From: Octopus vulgaris
Taxonomy: Eukaryota
Direction: 5' to 3'
DNA: 64,000 nt
NCBI GenBank assembly: GCA_951406725.2
Contig: OX597818.1
Location: forward strand, 13,764,001-13,828,000
Below the pieces are notes generated by a model that saw only the letters and a program-made list of their open reading frames with translations, did no database searches and was not told the origin of the DNA. Shown piece after piece: positions 16,380 through 29,204 of this stretch (positions within the stretch are counted from its first letter, which is position 1; the number at the start of each line of letters is the position of its first letter). The position numbers and the translations under genes were made by a program.

Positions 16380-17160
16380 CATTAACTCAGCCGGAGACTT
16401 TCTTGAGCAGATATTCGGATTGGTTGTTACTATTTATACCTTCAAGAATTTCGTTTGCGTTTCGTCATTTCATACGTCATTCCTTGTATGTTTTTAAGCC
16501 TCGCTTGAAAATATCAACAAATCTTTCTATCTGCCCGTTTGACCTCGCGTGCTATTGCGGGATAAAAATATACTTTATCGCATGTATTTTGCAGGAATAT
16601 TTTAAATTCACACTCCGTAAATTATGTTTCATAATCTGATTCCAGCGGGCAAATAATACGTACAGGAACTTTATTATTGTCTTTGCGATTGGTTTATTGT
16701 ACCTCCATACCTCTGACCTCTGTGGACTTCTATCAACAACGATTAGATAATATGCGCCGTTTACCGGTGTAGAGTAGTCGATATGTACAATGAACCGCGT
16801 AGTATCCATCTCAGGTCACGATTGGTGTTTCACCGGTGGTGCCGCACAACATCTACATGATTTTACACAATTTTCACTGTCCCGGTCTATAGTCGGTCCC
16901 GATGCATAGCTTCACACTAAGGCATTCATTCTCGACATTTCCGGGTGTCCACTATGGAATTCTTGCAGTACTCGTTTCTGTAGTGCGAGTGGTACCATCA
17001 CTTTTTGCGCGTACATTAAAACATCGAGCATCGTAAAAATGTATTTGAACTTGTATTTTTCATTTTGCTAATTTTTAAACATTTCTTTCATTCTTGAAAT
17101 TCTTGCGGATTTAATTTTTATATCACTTTCAATAGCAGTTCGTGAATATCATTACACATA
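16380..17160 (-). pseudogene. Ty3/Gypsy integrase remnant
   Basis: RVLQEFHSGHPEMSRMNA (integrase zinc-finger region) and VHIDYSTPVNGAYYLIVVD (core start); heavily disabled. Confidence 0.7.
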
Positions 17161-17334
17161 ACATTTTTGTCATTTTATTTCAATTCAGCTGCTGAGTTAT
17201 TTTAACTGATGGGGCAGCCATTTTATCTTTTACAGTACCGGCATATTGAGAGATCCCATAAGTCAAATAACTCCAACCAGCTGGCACCATACAAATTGGT
17301 TACATTCTTTACCGCGAAAACTTAGTCTATACAT

Positions 17335-18495
17335 ACTTATTTACATTATTTACATTTGACGGATATTTGTCCTCATTTTGTTGTTAATACAACATTTCGG
17401 CTGATATACCCTCCAGCCTTCATCCTAGCATTCTTGCACGTATTAATAATATGTACTAAGTATGGATTCAGGACATCCGTATACTGCAAGCCGACATTCA
17501 CTGGAAGGTACCTCAACTTCAATTCCCACCATTCATACAGTGTAAAGAGAGGGATTGCTCAGTGCCTAAAACGTCGAGCAAAGAATATAAATAGCGATCG
17601 TGATAGCCACCACGAAGAAATGATCAAACTCAGAAAGAATGTATTAAGGAACCACTACCCCAAAACATACATCCACTCCAATTATGAAGAAAAGAGAGGA
17701 TGAAACCAATAAACTGTTCACAATCTGTCTACCCTATGTGAAAGGCCTCTCCGAAACAATACAAAAGATATGCGGCCCATATGACATCAGGACAGTATTT
17801 AAGAGTAATACAACACTTCGCAAATATCTCCTTCGAGTAAAACCACCAATAGAAGATAATATGACCAAAAACTTCGTGTACTCCATCCCATGAAGCTGTG
17901 GTAGGTTATACAAAGGCGAAACATACTGCCCCCTCAAAATAAGGGTACACGAACATCGCAAAGTTGTAACACGAGGAGATATTGATAAATCGGGTATAGC
18001 TGATCATGTATGGTAAAATGGAGAACACACACACCCCTGTGGGATGATCTTAAAATAATAGACACAGAACACCAGTTAAAAATACGAAAACTAAAAGAAG
18101 CAACATATATGCTAGGACACAACAACCTCCTGAGCAGACCGAGTGCAGATATGAATAGCATATGGGAACCGGTATTAAGGAAGGATAGGAAAATATTAGA
18201 TTTGTAAGTCCCAAAATTCATTTCATAGTTGCCCGCAGGCATATGGCGTAGTGGTTAAGAGCGCGGGCTACTAACCCCAAGATTCCGAGTTCGATTCTAT
18301 AATAATAATAATAATAATAATATAGAAAATACCTTATGAATGAGAACCCAGGTTCGAAATTTCCCCAAGACATTTTATGAAGGCTGGAGGGTATATCAAC
18401 CGAAATGGTGAGTTAACAACAAACAACATGGGGATAAATATCCGTCAAATAATGCAAATAATGTACATAATTCCTCATCACTTAAATATAGAAAT
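17335..18495 (+). mobile_element. 5'-truncated Penelope/Poseidon-like PLE with inverted 5' pLTR and TSD
   Basis: TSVYCKPTFTGRYLNFNSHH, LPYVKGLSE, VYSIP*SCG..YKGET...RVHEH, RKLKEA. 17341-17424 is an inverted copy of ~18377-18468. GTCTATACAT is duplicated at 17325-17334 and 18496-18505. Confidence 0.88.
18235..18297 (+). promoter_or_regulatory. tRNA-like Pol III internal promoter inside the PLE 3' region
   Basis: A box TGGCGTAGTGG (18244-18254), anticodon-like arm GGG-CTACTAA-CCC, B box GAGTTCGATTC (18287-18297); no complete acceptor stem, so not a functional tRNA. Confidence 0.7.
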
Positions 18496-19212
18496 GTCTA
18501 TACATGTTTTGCTAATTTCCAAAGAGAAAATTTATAGGAATTAAACATTAAATATTTGTACTGCAAATGTCAAATGTGAAGAATATGTTATGAGGATCCT
18601 CGCAAGAGTATTTGAAGCGGATTTGTTGAGCATAAATATTTTATCAGAGCATTTTGATTGTTTAACCAAGAGAAATGTTCTTGCGCATCAAATTGTATGT
18701 TCCCTGAATGGTGAAAACACAGCTTTTCTGAATTCGTTAACGTAGAGACATATCTATCATTATGTAGCTATTGAAACCATAGTGCTTTATTGGTCACTTT
18801 CATAAACTCTGCAGGATCATCTCTTATCTAAGTAGATGCAAAATATAAACTGGACTAGGGGTGTAATTTATGAAAGTTTCGTTTGCTTTCAACGGTATAT
18901 CAGATTTCCACTGTTTCTTTACGGGGTAAAAATTCGGATGCGAGAACATCTTTGATATTCCATGTGATTTTGGGAATTTCAAACAAAACGCGCGCACAAT
19001 ACAATCTAGTTTCATAACAAGAAATAAGCAAAATTAAATTCAAGACAGTCTACGATATAATAGTGAAATAAAAGTGTTATCTCGAATCGGAGGCATTTGA
19101 TGCACGTCCTAATATATGGCTTTTGACCTCAGTATACATATTACCACAACCGGCAACTTGCGAGCTAAATGCCTATCGCTATGAATTGTAGTAGACAGGT
19201 TGTAGAAATAAT

Positions 19213-19427
19213 CTTTCCTACTACAGGCACAAGGCCTGAAATTTGGGGGTAGGGGACTAGTTCATAACATCGACCCCAGTTCTTCACTGGTACTTATTTT
19301 ACCCACTCTGAAAGGGTGAATGACAATGTCAACCTAGGCGGAATTTGAAGTCGGAACGTAGCGACGAGTGAAATATCACTAAGCATTTCGTCCAGCATGC
19401 TAACGATTCTGCCAGCTTGCCGCTTTA
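19213..19427 (-). mobile_element. tRNA-derived SINE family C
   Basis: Reverse complement begins GCGGCAAGCTGGCAGAATCGTTAGCA...TTCAAATTCCGCC, matching the 7537 copy. Confidence 0.7.
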
Positions 19428-20423
19428 GGTTGCAGAATGTTGAGGACAGGAGTTTTCAAAATATTATCAGGATAAGCACTGAGCTTTGGATTTGAGATAA
19501 CTTTATTCTCTACTTCACGTACTTAACAACAGAATCAGTTAAACCCTAACTAAGAAAACCTATATTCCTACTGAATAACTCATTCAAAGGTCAATAACTC
19601 ATAGAAAGTTCATTAATTTTATTGGGAAGCTTCAGATAAAACAAATTATAATTATGTGTTTCCGAAGAAGAATCATGGACTTCTGTATTAAACACTGCAG
19701 CACGTGGTTGATTTGATCAGAACAAACAAAATTACAGATTTTAAGAGCACGAAAGTGCATTTGTTAATTATTACGCGCATTGATTCCTAAAATGTGGAAG
19801 GCGTTCTTGGTATAGGGAGAGGACCTCGAAGAATGTAATATACCTACTTCCTCCGAAGTAATTAACACCCATTTCTCTTTTGGGTACCGATTAAAAATAA
19901 TCCTCTGATTTAGTCTTCTATTTTTTCCCTGACAGTGTAGATCATTGTGACTCCTTAAATAAAAACTTGCATCAAATCAATATGGATACATTCTCGAAAG
20001 AAGTCGCTTGACTCAATAATTTTGCTGTAACGCGAAGTCATTCTCTATGAGAAAGCTTAGCATTTTCCTACCACAATAACGTTTAAAGAATTTATAGTGG
20101 TGCAATATTGTTTAATCAATATTACCAGTCTTTCTGAAAATTATAGTTGTCTCTTGTATCCTTTCATAAAATAAATAATATATTATGCTTAGACACTCAA
20201 CAATAGTCTTGAATGAAGACATTGAATAATTCATAAATTCTGGACGCATAAAAAGAGGGCACTCCAATTATCAAGAGAATGTGGTAAATTAAATATCAGT
20301 AATGAATTATATGACTCCATTTCCTATAAATGCACACATATGAAATGCACTTAAATACAAACACACACTCACACGCACCCATATGCACACATAAATGCAG
20401 AGATACACGCGTACATGTACATG

Positions 20424-20503
<80 letters not shown>

Positions 20504-21979
20504 TATATGTATGTATATATGTATGTATGTAAGTATATATTTATATAAACTTATTTTGCAATCATTCTAGAACTTGAGCAAATACGATTGAACATGATTA
20601 TTAATCTGTATTTATATCGTATATGTTTAGCTTGCTCAACCGTGATGCCTATAAATGTGTATGATCATAAAAGACGACACGCAATCATGTGCTACAATTT
20701 CATCGATAACGTAATATCAACGTTAACCAATAGATATTCCAATAAAAATAGTGATACCCAATTTAGAAACAGAAACTGGAGACGATATTGCTCACATTCA
20801 GTAGGCTAAGAGATAATAAACAAGAATAGAAATTTCTTCAATAAAACGTGGGAAGCGTTCGGATTATTATCTAATTAATTAGATTATTCCTGACCAAAGT
20901 AATTTGTATATAAATTTATCTTATCTAATTTTATATAATATTAAGTTTTCGTCAAGCAGAAATATATTTTAGTATCAAAAGATTCATTTGAACATTGGAT
21001 TTTTTAAAATTAGCTCCTACTATAGTTTAAATTTTGTTGTTGTTGTTTGCTTATCTATTTATTGTTATTTTAAACATTTTAATATGAATTTTTTTGACGG
21101 AAAATATTGTATGACTGAGATTTAATCACACAGCAAATTTTACAACTCATCTTTTAGCTTTTACCTTACGAGACGTGTACTTAAAATTTCAAACCACATG
21201 GAAAATTGTCCCAATCGATTATTTCGTATTTTATTTGTGGAAGTATTAAGTTTCTTGGAGAGTAGTACTGAATTAAGAGAATATTTATAATAATGCTTAT
21301 TGATTTCAATACACTGGATATTGACGCCATGTAAGTGTTTGTGCTTACTTGGGGGTGCGATCCATTCAGCGTATTTTCATATAAATGACCCTATAAGATA
21401 AAAAAAAAACAGCTACATATAAAAGGGTATGTGTTTTCGTTTTTATTCACCAAATGCATGATCAGTAACACAGAAATTTCAAATTGTACTCGAGAAATAA
21501 TTCTTCAGAAAAAAAATCAGGTCACCCGATAAGAGATTTGCTCATTTTTTGTAATGCAAGCGATATAGATATGGAAGCCAACAGATTTAGAAAAGTTAAA
21601 CTACAACAGAACAGAATGTGTATAAGTCAGTATCGTATAGTTCATCTCTGCGCAAAGTTAGCGTTTCAAAATGAATAAGTTATTCAGGATACGTAAGTTA
21701 AGAATTCCTTCGATTCGAGAGAGTTTTACGGAACACAACCCATTCAAGAGAATATCGAGGTGTCGTCATCAAGTTGAATGTGACAGATTATGTAAGTGAC
21801 AATACACAACGACCATTATTGGAAGAAAACATCCTGTACTTTTTGATTATAATCACATATATTGATGACTCTCACTTAAAATGTTCACCACCACAGAGTA
21901 AAAGGCAATTTAGCGCCGATCAGGTGTAGCCTTTGAGTTAATTTAGCACATTAATCAAGTACTCTTAAAATACAATCCT

Positions 21980-22050
<71 letters not shown>

Positions 22051-23137
22051 ATATGTATGTATGTATATTCAGCCATTGAAATTGTGAGAATCTCGTTTAA
22101 CCTTTGTGCACTTTGTCAGTAGAGATATCTTATATAAAAATGATTGGAAATCAAATATCACTTTCACAATCCTACAAATATTTTAATGTCAAATGAAACA
22201 GCAAATGTTGCTGTTTCTATGCTGCAACATACGTAAAAAAGAAAATCAGTAGAAGGGCTGTCATCTATGTAGTTGCAACCTTCATGATATTAGTTCAATT
22301 TTAAAGAGGATAGAACCATAAAATAAGTAACTGTAATTTACTCCGCTGAGTTTCATCTACTGTATCCATCCCTTACAAAATTGTGTGTCTTTTCAAATAA
22401 GTATTAAGCATTTTGTTAACACGAATGTGTGATAAGGCGGTTTGAATGTGGGACAGAATTCTCCGGAGTATTTATTTATGTGTCGTTATGCACTATCTTT
22501 ATACCTCACCAAGATTAAATTTTATCATTCACGATGAGTAGGTTATAACTTTTTTTAATGTCCATGATAAATTATTTCTAACAACATATAAAGGTTAATT
22601 CCACAGTTTCGTTAACATTTATGTAAAACACAAAACTGTAAAATTGCCACGCATTTGGTTCTCTAACGATAAGAATGTTGTAGTTAGTCCACACCTCATC
22701 GACATGGTATAATGTAGCTTACACATGATCGGAGATACCAGATATAGAAAACCTTACTTCTAACCATAAACGAAAAGCTTACTTCTTATTATATATTATA
22801 GTTTAATTCATGTTATTAATAGTAGCCTCTAAATTGATTATATATACAGAGAGAAAGAGGGAGAGAGAGGGAGAAAGAGAGAGAGAGAGAGTTAAACCAA
22901 ACATGAAGAGACAAAGAGAAAACAACAACGCGAGGACGTGGAACAACTATAGTGTTATTGAACGCTCATGAAAGGAAAGAAAGGAGGAAGATTTAAAGAT
23001 TTAAGCGGAGCTCTTCTTCAGAAACATAGAAAAAGGAAAGATCCAATGAAGGAAAGACGGAGGGATGAAAATTGCCAAAGATATACACGCGGTCACACAC
23101 ACAAATACTCAAACACACAAAAAAACATACATACCCC

Positions 23138-23182
<45 letters not shown>

Positions 23183-23185
23183 TAT

Positions 23186-23564
23186 GCAGGAGGGGCTATG
23201 ATGCAAGTAGCTTTCTTACAAACCACATGATTCCGGGTTCATTCCAACTGCGTGGCACGTTGGGCAGCTGTCTTCTACTATAGCTTCGGGCCGACCAGAG
23301 GCTTGTGGGTGGATTTGGTAGACAGAAACTGAAAGACGCCCGTCGTATATATGTATATAGATATGTGTGTTACTGTGTCTGTATCTCGCCCCAACATCGC
23401 TTGACAACCGATGCTGGTGTGTTTACGTCCCTGTAATTTAGCGGTTCGGCATGAGAGACCGGTAGAATAAGTACTAGAGATATAAAGTATAAGTCCTGGG
23501 TGTGCCTTGCACGACTAAAGGTGGTGCTCCAGCATGGCCGCAGTCAAGTGACTAAAACAAGTAA
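23186..23564 (+). mobile_element. tRNA-derived CORE-type SINE family A
   Basis: CCGGGTTCA B-box-like motif, TTGGGCA...TCTTCTACTATAGC core, 3' GCTCCAGCATGGCCGCAGTCAA..GACT.AAACAAGT tail; five copies in the window. Confidence 0.8.
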
Positions 23565-23568
23565 TATA

Positions 23569-24233
23569 TCTATATATATAAAAGTGAAGTTGTGTGAGTG
23601 TCTGTCTCCTACGATTTAGATTCCTAACTACTCCCACATTTTGCGGTGCAGTTTAACCAAAACCGGGTATCTTATAGTCGTGATTCATATCGATCCCGTC
23701 TGGGTATTAGCGCGCGTCTACGATGAGTCTACGATTAAAAAAAAATTACCATAATGTTTTTCCATTTTAACGCATATTTTGTTCCCTCCCTCATGAAGCT
23801 GTGGGGAAGGGAGTGTAAGGAATTCAACGTCGTAAAGCGTTGTCAAGGAGACAAGCGTTCTTTTAGAACAACGACTTCATGGCTTGAAGACACCAAAACA
23901 GAAATGGCTAAGAAAGCCCGAAAGCAAATTCTACAAAATCGGGAAACACGCCACACAGGGAAGGTTTCCCGTGCAAATAATTTGCACAACCGAATGTTAT
24001 AGTTGTTGCACAACTTTTACTTAAAAAATATTATCCAAACACAAACTTTTGAAGGCAATATTGTATGGCGATGGTACTTGTGAAATATGGTAATGGATTT
24101 AGTAGCCAAAAGGAGAGAGCAGAGGCATAGTATGGTGGTGGTGGCGGTGGTGCTGGTAGTGGTGATGGTGGTCGTGGTCGTGGTGGTCGTGGTCGTCGTG
24201 GTCGTCGTGTGGTGGTGGTGGTGGTGGTGGTGG

Positions 24234-24264
<31 letters not shown>

Positions 24265-25081
24265 CGTGGTGGTGGGGGTGGTGATGATGGTGGTGGTGGT
24301 CGTCGTGGTGATGATGGTGGTGGTCGGGGTGGTCGTGGTGGTCGGGGTGGTCGTGGTGGTCCTCGTGATGGTGGTCGTGGTGGTCATGGGCGTAGTGGTT
24401 GTGGTGGTCATGGTGGTAGTGGTGATGGTGTTGGTCGTGGTGGTGGTGGTGGTCGTGGTGGCTGAAGTTGTCTGGGTTCTTCCAATTTTTTCGTTTGTCG
24501 GTGGCGGCGTTGGCGTTCATGCTCGCACCTGCACCTACATAGCTCCTCCCCTTCTTCCCTCCCTCGTGAAGCTGTGGGGAAGGCAGGGTAGGGAAATCAA
24601 CGTCGTAAAGCGTTGTCAAGGAGACCAGCGTTCTTTTAGAACAACGACTTCATGGCTTGAAGTTGCCAAAACAGAAATCGCTAAAAAAGCTGAAACAGAT
24701 CCACAAAAACGGCAAAAACCGCCGCACAGGGCAGGTTTCCTGTGCAAACAATTTGCACAACCAAATGTTTTAGTTGTTGCACAAATCTTTATATATAAAA
24801 GTGAAGTTGTGTGTCTGTCTCCTACGATTTAGATTCCTAACTACTCCCACATTTTGCGGTGCAGTTTAACCAAAACCGGGTATCTTATAGTCGTGATTCA
24901 TATCGAGCCCTTCTGCGTATTAGCGCGCGTCTACGATGACGCTACGATTTAAAAAAAAATTACCATCATTTTTTATTGCATTTTTAATGTATTTTTTTGC
25001 TATTTTTTTGCTATAACTCTCTAAAAATGCTTATATAGTTCTTTCCCTTACAAACCCGAGCAACTCCGGGCGATACTGCTA

Positions 25082-25082
<1 letters not shown>
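23569..25082 (+). mobile_element. Composite non-autonomous Helitron
   Basis: Starts A^TC at 23569 and ends CTAG^T at 25079-25082 after a GC hairpin CCCGAGCAACTCCGGG (25055-25070). A second 5' end starts at TC 24786, and ~23781-24013 is duplicated at ~24553-24785. Confidence 0.85.
24132..24460. repeat. Degenerate (GGT/GTC/GTT)n trinucleotide tract inside the Helitron
   Basis: Directly visible; explains the poly-H/T/V ORFs. Confidence 0.95.
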
Positions 25083-25143
<61 letters not shown>

Positions 25144-25236
25144 TCATATATATATATATACATGTATATAGAGAGAGACATCTACATATATATATGTACA
25201 CAAAATATATATGTATATATATACAGGTATATATAT

Positions 25237-25284
<48 letters not shown>

Positions 25285-25363
25285 ATATATACGTATGTGT
25301 ATATACATATATATATATGTATATATGTATATATATATATATATATATGCATATGTATATATA

Positions 25364-25568
25364 TCACTTGATCACTTGACCGACCAGTCCGTCAGGCGTC
25401 CATTTGACACCGCTGGTCACAGCACGCTGTCCACACTTCTCTGGATCGCGCCTTTCTCATCCACGTGATCCCAAACCTCCTCCTGAAATTGTAACTCCAC
25501 TGTCGTGGAGGTCTTCCGGGTGGTCTTTTCTGCTCGCGCGGGTACCACTCGACAACTGCGTGGGTCCA
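25364..25568 (-). mobile_element. RTE-clade LINE 3' end fragment
   Basis: WTHAVVEWYPREQKRPPGRPPRQW...WMRKARSREVW is the typical RTE ORF C-terminus; the tail is CTGGTCGGTCAAGTGATCAAGTGA followed by (TA)n. Confidence 0.8.
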
Positions 25569-26159
25569 TATATATATGTATGTATAGTGAACGCTGTGGT
25601 AAATATTTTCTTTGAAAAGAGAGAAGATATAAAAGAGAGATACACCACATCGTGCAGGAAAAGAAAGATGGACGATGGTCACTTGTGAGTAAATAAAGAG
25701 AGAAAAGGGGAAAGAGAGGAGTGAGAGAGACAGCAAACGGCGAAGGGGTGAAAAAAGGAATTAGAGAAGAATGGGGAAGAAAACAGTGTAGAATAGAGTG
25801 GAAATGTATGCGTGGTGTTCAATATAATAATAATATAAATAATATATATGTATATATGGGGACAGGAACTCATAAGTTGTACAATTGTAAGCAACATGAA
25901 GTACAAGAAAAAGAGTGAAGTACGCCAACAATGAGAGAAAATTGGACAGCAGGAACACGAAGAACGTCCTTCATCAGTTGTCGGCTGTCCATCTCCTGGT
26001 ATTTGGGGCATTCATTCACTATACGAGTCGTCGAAGACGGTTGCTCCAATAATTTCCAAAATGAATTATTTTATTTACGTACGGAACAATAACAGGAAAG
26101 TTGGTGACGTCCAGTACTCATATATGCATATGCATATATATATATATGTGTGTGTGTGT

Positions 26160-26465
26160 AGGAAAAATGGTCCAGTGGTTAGAGCAGCGGATTCGCGGTT
26201 GTAGGACCGTGGTTTCGATTCCTAGACCGGGCGTTGTGAGTGTTTATTGAGCGAAAACACCTAAAGCTCCACGACGCTCCGGCAAGGGGTCGTGTCGATC
26301 CCTACCGTACTCTTTCGCCACAACTTTCTCTCACTCTTTCTTCTGTTGGCCTGCTCGCTTAGCCTGCGGGGTTGCGTCATTTGAAGGCTAAAAGAATGCG
26401 AAGCGCATTGTGACCAGCGATGCTTAGCAATATCTGATAGCCTGGTCGGTCACGGTGATCACGGT

Positions 26466-26467
<2 letters not shown>
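26160..26467 (+). mobile_element. tRNA-derived SINE family B with RTE-type tail
   Basis: TGGTCCAGTGG A box, GGTTTCGATTCC B box, 3' TGTGACCAGCG...CTGGTCGGTCACGGTGATCACGG. Confidence 0.8.
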
Positions 26468-26527
<60 letters not shown>

Positions 26528-26546
26528 CATATATATATACACACAC

Positions 26547-26580
<34 letters not shown>

Positions 26581-27597
26581 ACACATTTATATATATATAC
26601 ATAAATATATGTAGATACATACATACATACATATATATATACACACACACACACAGTGAGAAATTGAGTCTCATATAAGCAAACGTTTCGTTTTTTATTC
26701 TAGAAATATATTATACTTGGATCTAAATGTCATTTGTTAGAATTATATTGATATGAGTGTTTAGAAAGAAATTCACATTCAAATAAATTTGGAATTTATT
26801 AATCATGTTTTGAGCAATGGATTTTATTACTATATTTGAAAACATCTAAATCGTATTCCTGCTGGGGTGCATTCCCGCTTAATTTGCAGGAAACGAGTCA
26901 TTGATTATTTTATTCTCAATCTATTGACATGAACATAATTCATAATCCGATCTTCGTATATGGAAATACAGCACCAAAAAAATTTAGAAATGGAATATGA
27001 AAAAAAAATTGTATTTTAAATGTATTCCTATAAGATAACATTTTCATTCAATTATTTTTATATCCAGAATGTATACAAATTGATGAAACTCCACGAAATT
27101 TATTTTCATGAAAAAGGAATGCTATATAGATTAACTGGTGACATAAATAAATAACACACATGCAGAATAGGATTGAATAAATCATTTACATAAGGTCCTA
27201 TAGGATGGGAATTATGAGATATAAGAAATGTTTTAGAGAGAAAATTCATTCAAATTCGTATTTCAGCTTTTTATGCATAATTACAAACACGCACACTATC
27301 ACACGCGCACACATACTTAAACACACACGTAGATATAAAAATATATTCATCAATCATTATTAATATATGTACATCATTGGAAGGCAAATATTCTGCCGCA
27401 ACAGCCCGGAGATAACGTCTCTCACGGTTCTGCTCTGTTTGTAAGCACAATATTTGTCGGAAAGAGGCAAAATCTGCTCGTCACCGACAGGCGCGTATGC
27501 CAACTCCTCTCTCGTTAAATGTAGTCATACTTACACGAGATTTCTCACCACAGATAAATCACTCACTCACCCCAACTTTCTTTCTTTCTTTCTTTCT

Positions 27598-28205
27598 CAA
27601 GGTGGGTGAAAAGTAAGTAGACATTAAAAATTGGTTATAAAATCCATATCCTTTTTACAAATTTATTGAAACAAATTATATATGTTCCTCATTACATGGG
27701 AAAATGAATGTAAATATCCAAGTAAATCTTCGTATTTCATCGTAAACACCGGTGGCATCAACCAGTCTCCTCAAACGGCCACGGATGAAATGAACAATCT
27801 TTCGAAGGACGTCATCTGGAATATCACTGAGAACCTTCTGAATCCGTATTTCCAAGTCGTACGGTGTACGATGTTTTGTGTTGTACAGCTCTTTTGTGTA
27901 ACTCCACAGGCAAAAATTACTTGGAACGAAATCTGGACTTGTTGGAGGCCATTTATGAGGTCCGCGCCGTCCTATCCAACATCCGGGAATACGTTGGTCT
28001 TACCACGCATGCACAATAAGAGCAAAATGGTGTCGTACACCATCCTGCATGAATATCAAGTCACCAATGTTATCCCAGCTAGGCACTGTTGACCAAATGT
28101 AATTTTCGAGTATCTGAAGATAGCAGTCCGTATTCATGGTCTCACGCAGAAGATATGGGCCAATAACTTCCGTTGTCGTCATTTCGCACCACACGGTCAC
28201 TTTTA
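27598..28205 (-). pseudogene. Tc1/mariner-superfamily (rosa/maT-like) transposase C-terminal remnant with one TIR
   Basis: VWC...VIGPY...Y..IL...FMQDG..HH...WIGRRGPHKWPPTSPDF; TIR-like AGGTGGGTGAAAAGTAAGTAGAC at ~27600. Confidence 0.8.
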
Positions 28206-28214
28206 GTCCGTATT

Positions 28215-28790
28215 ATATCCCATTTAAGGCTAAATTCTATCCCGCTTTCATTCAATTCACAAATCTTGCTAGGTAAGGACGTACAATTGACTTTATGTTT
28301 GAGCCTAAAAAATGAAAAATGGTTATTGAAATGTTTTTTATATTCATTGAATATCCTATATATATAAAGTTACCATCCTCAACTATGATTGTACATTTAT
28401 AAATTACGTTTTGGACTAGACATCGGCTTATTAACGGAGAGTGGGTTTTAACTCTACAATTGCACCCAGGAGCATTATTGATATTAATATTATCAATATT
28501 GCTGTTATTATTATTGTTGTTGTTGATGTTGTTGTTGTTTTTTCCTTCTTTCTTCAAAGTTTTTTCCATTTCTCGCCCAGTGTTTTCTGTACACTTAAGA
28601 TAGAGAAGCTCATTGTATGCATTCCCAGATTACACACGAAAATTCACAAGTAAAATATGTATTTAAAAATTAATGAATTAATAAATTCATGAATGTTGTT
28701 TTCACAGCAATAAAGCCCTTCTCAGTACATGGGTTGTTCTAGTTAATAAGATTTTTCGCACTTCCTGTAGGGATGGTAAGCTTGGTATCA
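28215..28790 (-). pseudogene. Naiad-type PLE GIY-YIG fragment
   Basis: Asn-rich linker, then GCNCRVKTHSPLISRCLVQNVIYKCTI...FIYIGYS...NNHFSFFR...TSL..KICEL...FSLKWDI. Confidence 0.75.
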
Positions 28791-28825
28791 TTTTCAAATA
28801 GGTTTCAGTACCTTCTTTTATCATA

Positions 28826-29198
28826 GGCGTAGGAGTGACTGTGTGGTAAGTTGCTTGCGTGGCACCTTGGGCAAATCTCTTCTATTGTAGCCTCTGGCCG
28901 ACCAAAGCCTTGTGAGTGGATTTGGTAGACGGAAACTGAAAGAAGCCCGTCGTATATATGTATATATATATATGTGTGTGTATATGTTTGTGTGTCTGTG
29001 TTTGTCCCCCCAACATCGCTTGACAACCGAAGCTTGTGTGTTTACAACCCCGTAACTTAGCGGCTTGGCAAAAGAGACCGATCGAATTAGTACTAGGCTT
29101 CCAAAGAATAAGTCCTGGGGGTGACTTGCGCGACTAAAGGCGGTGCTCCAGCATGGCCATAGTCAAATGACTGAAACAAATAAAAGAGTAAAAGAGTA
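28826..29198 (+). mobile_element. SINE family A
   Basis: Matches the 23186, 34686 and 41984 copies; AAAGAGT tail repeats. Confidence 0.85.
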
Positions 29199-29204
29199 TT
29201 ACTA

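Noticed and set aside
17891-17893. TGA at the conserved Cys of VYSIP(C)SCG read as selenocysteine
   Set aside because: The copy is frameshifted and decayed; a single TGC/TGT to TGA substitution explains it, and no SECIS was seen. Only a family consensus with TGA would revive the idea.
18235-18297. Functional tRNA gene
   Set aside because: The 3' acceptor strand is missing and it lies inside a retroelement; SINE heads elsewhere were rejected likewise.
24017-24832. His-, Thr- and Val-rich ORFs
   Set aside because: Translations of a trinucleotide tract inside a Helitron.
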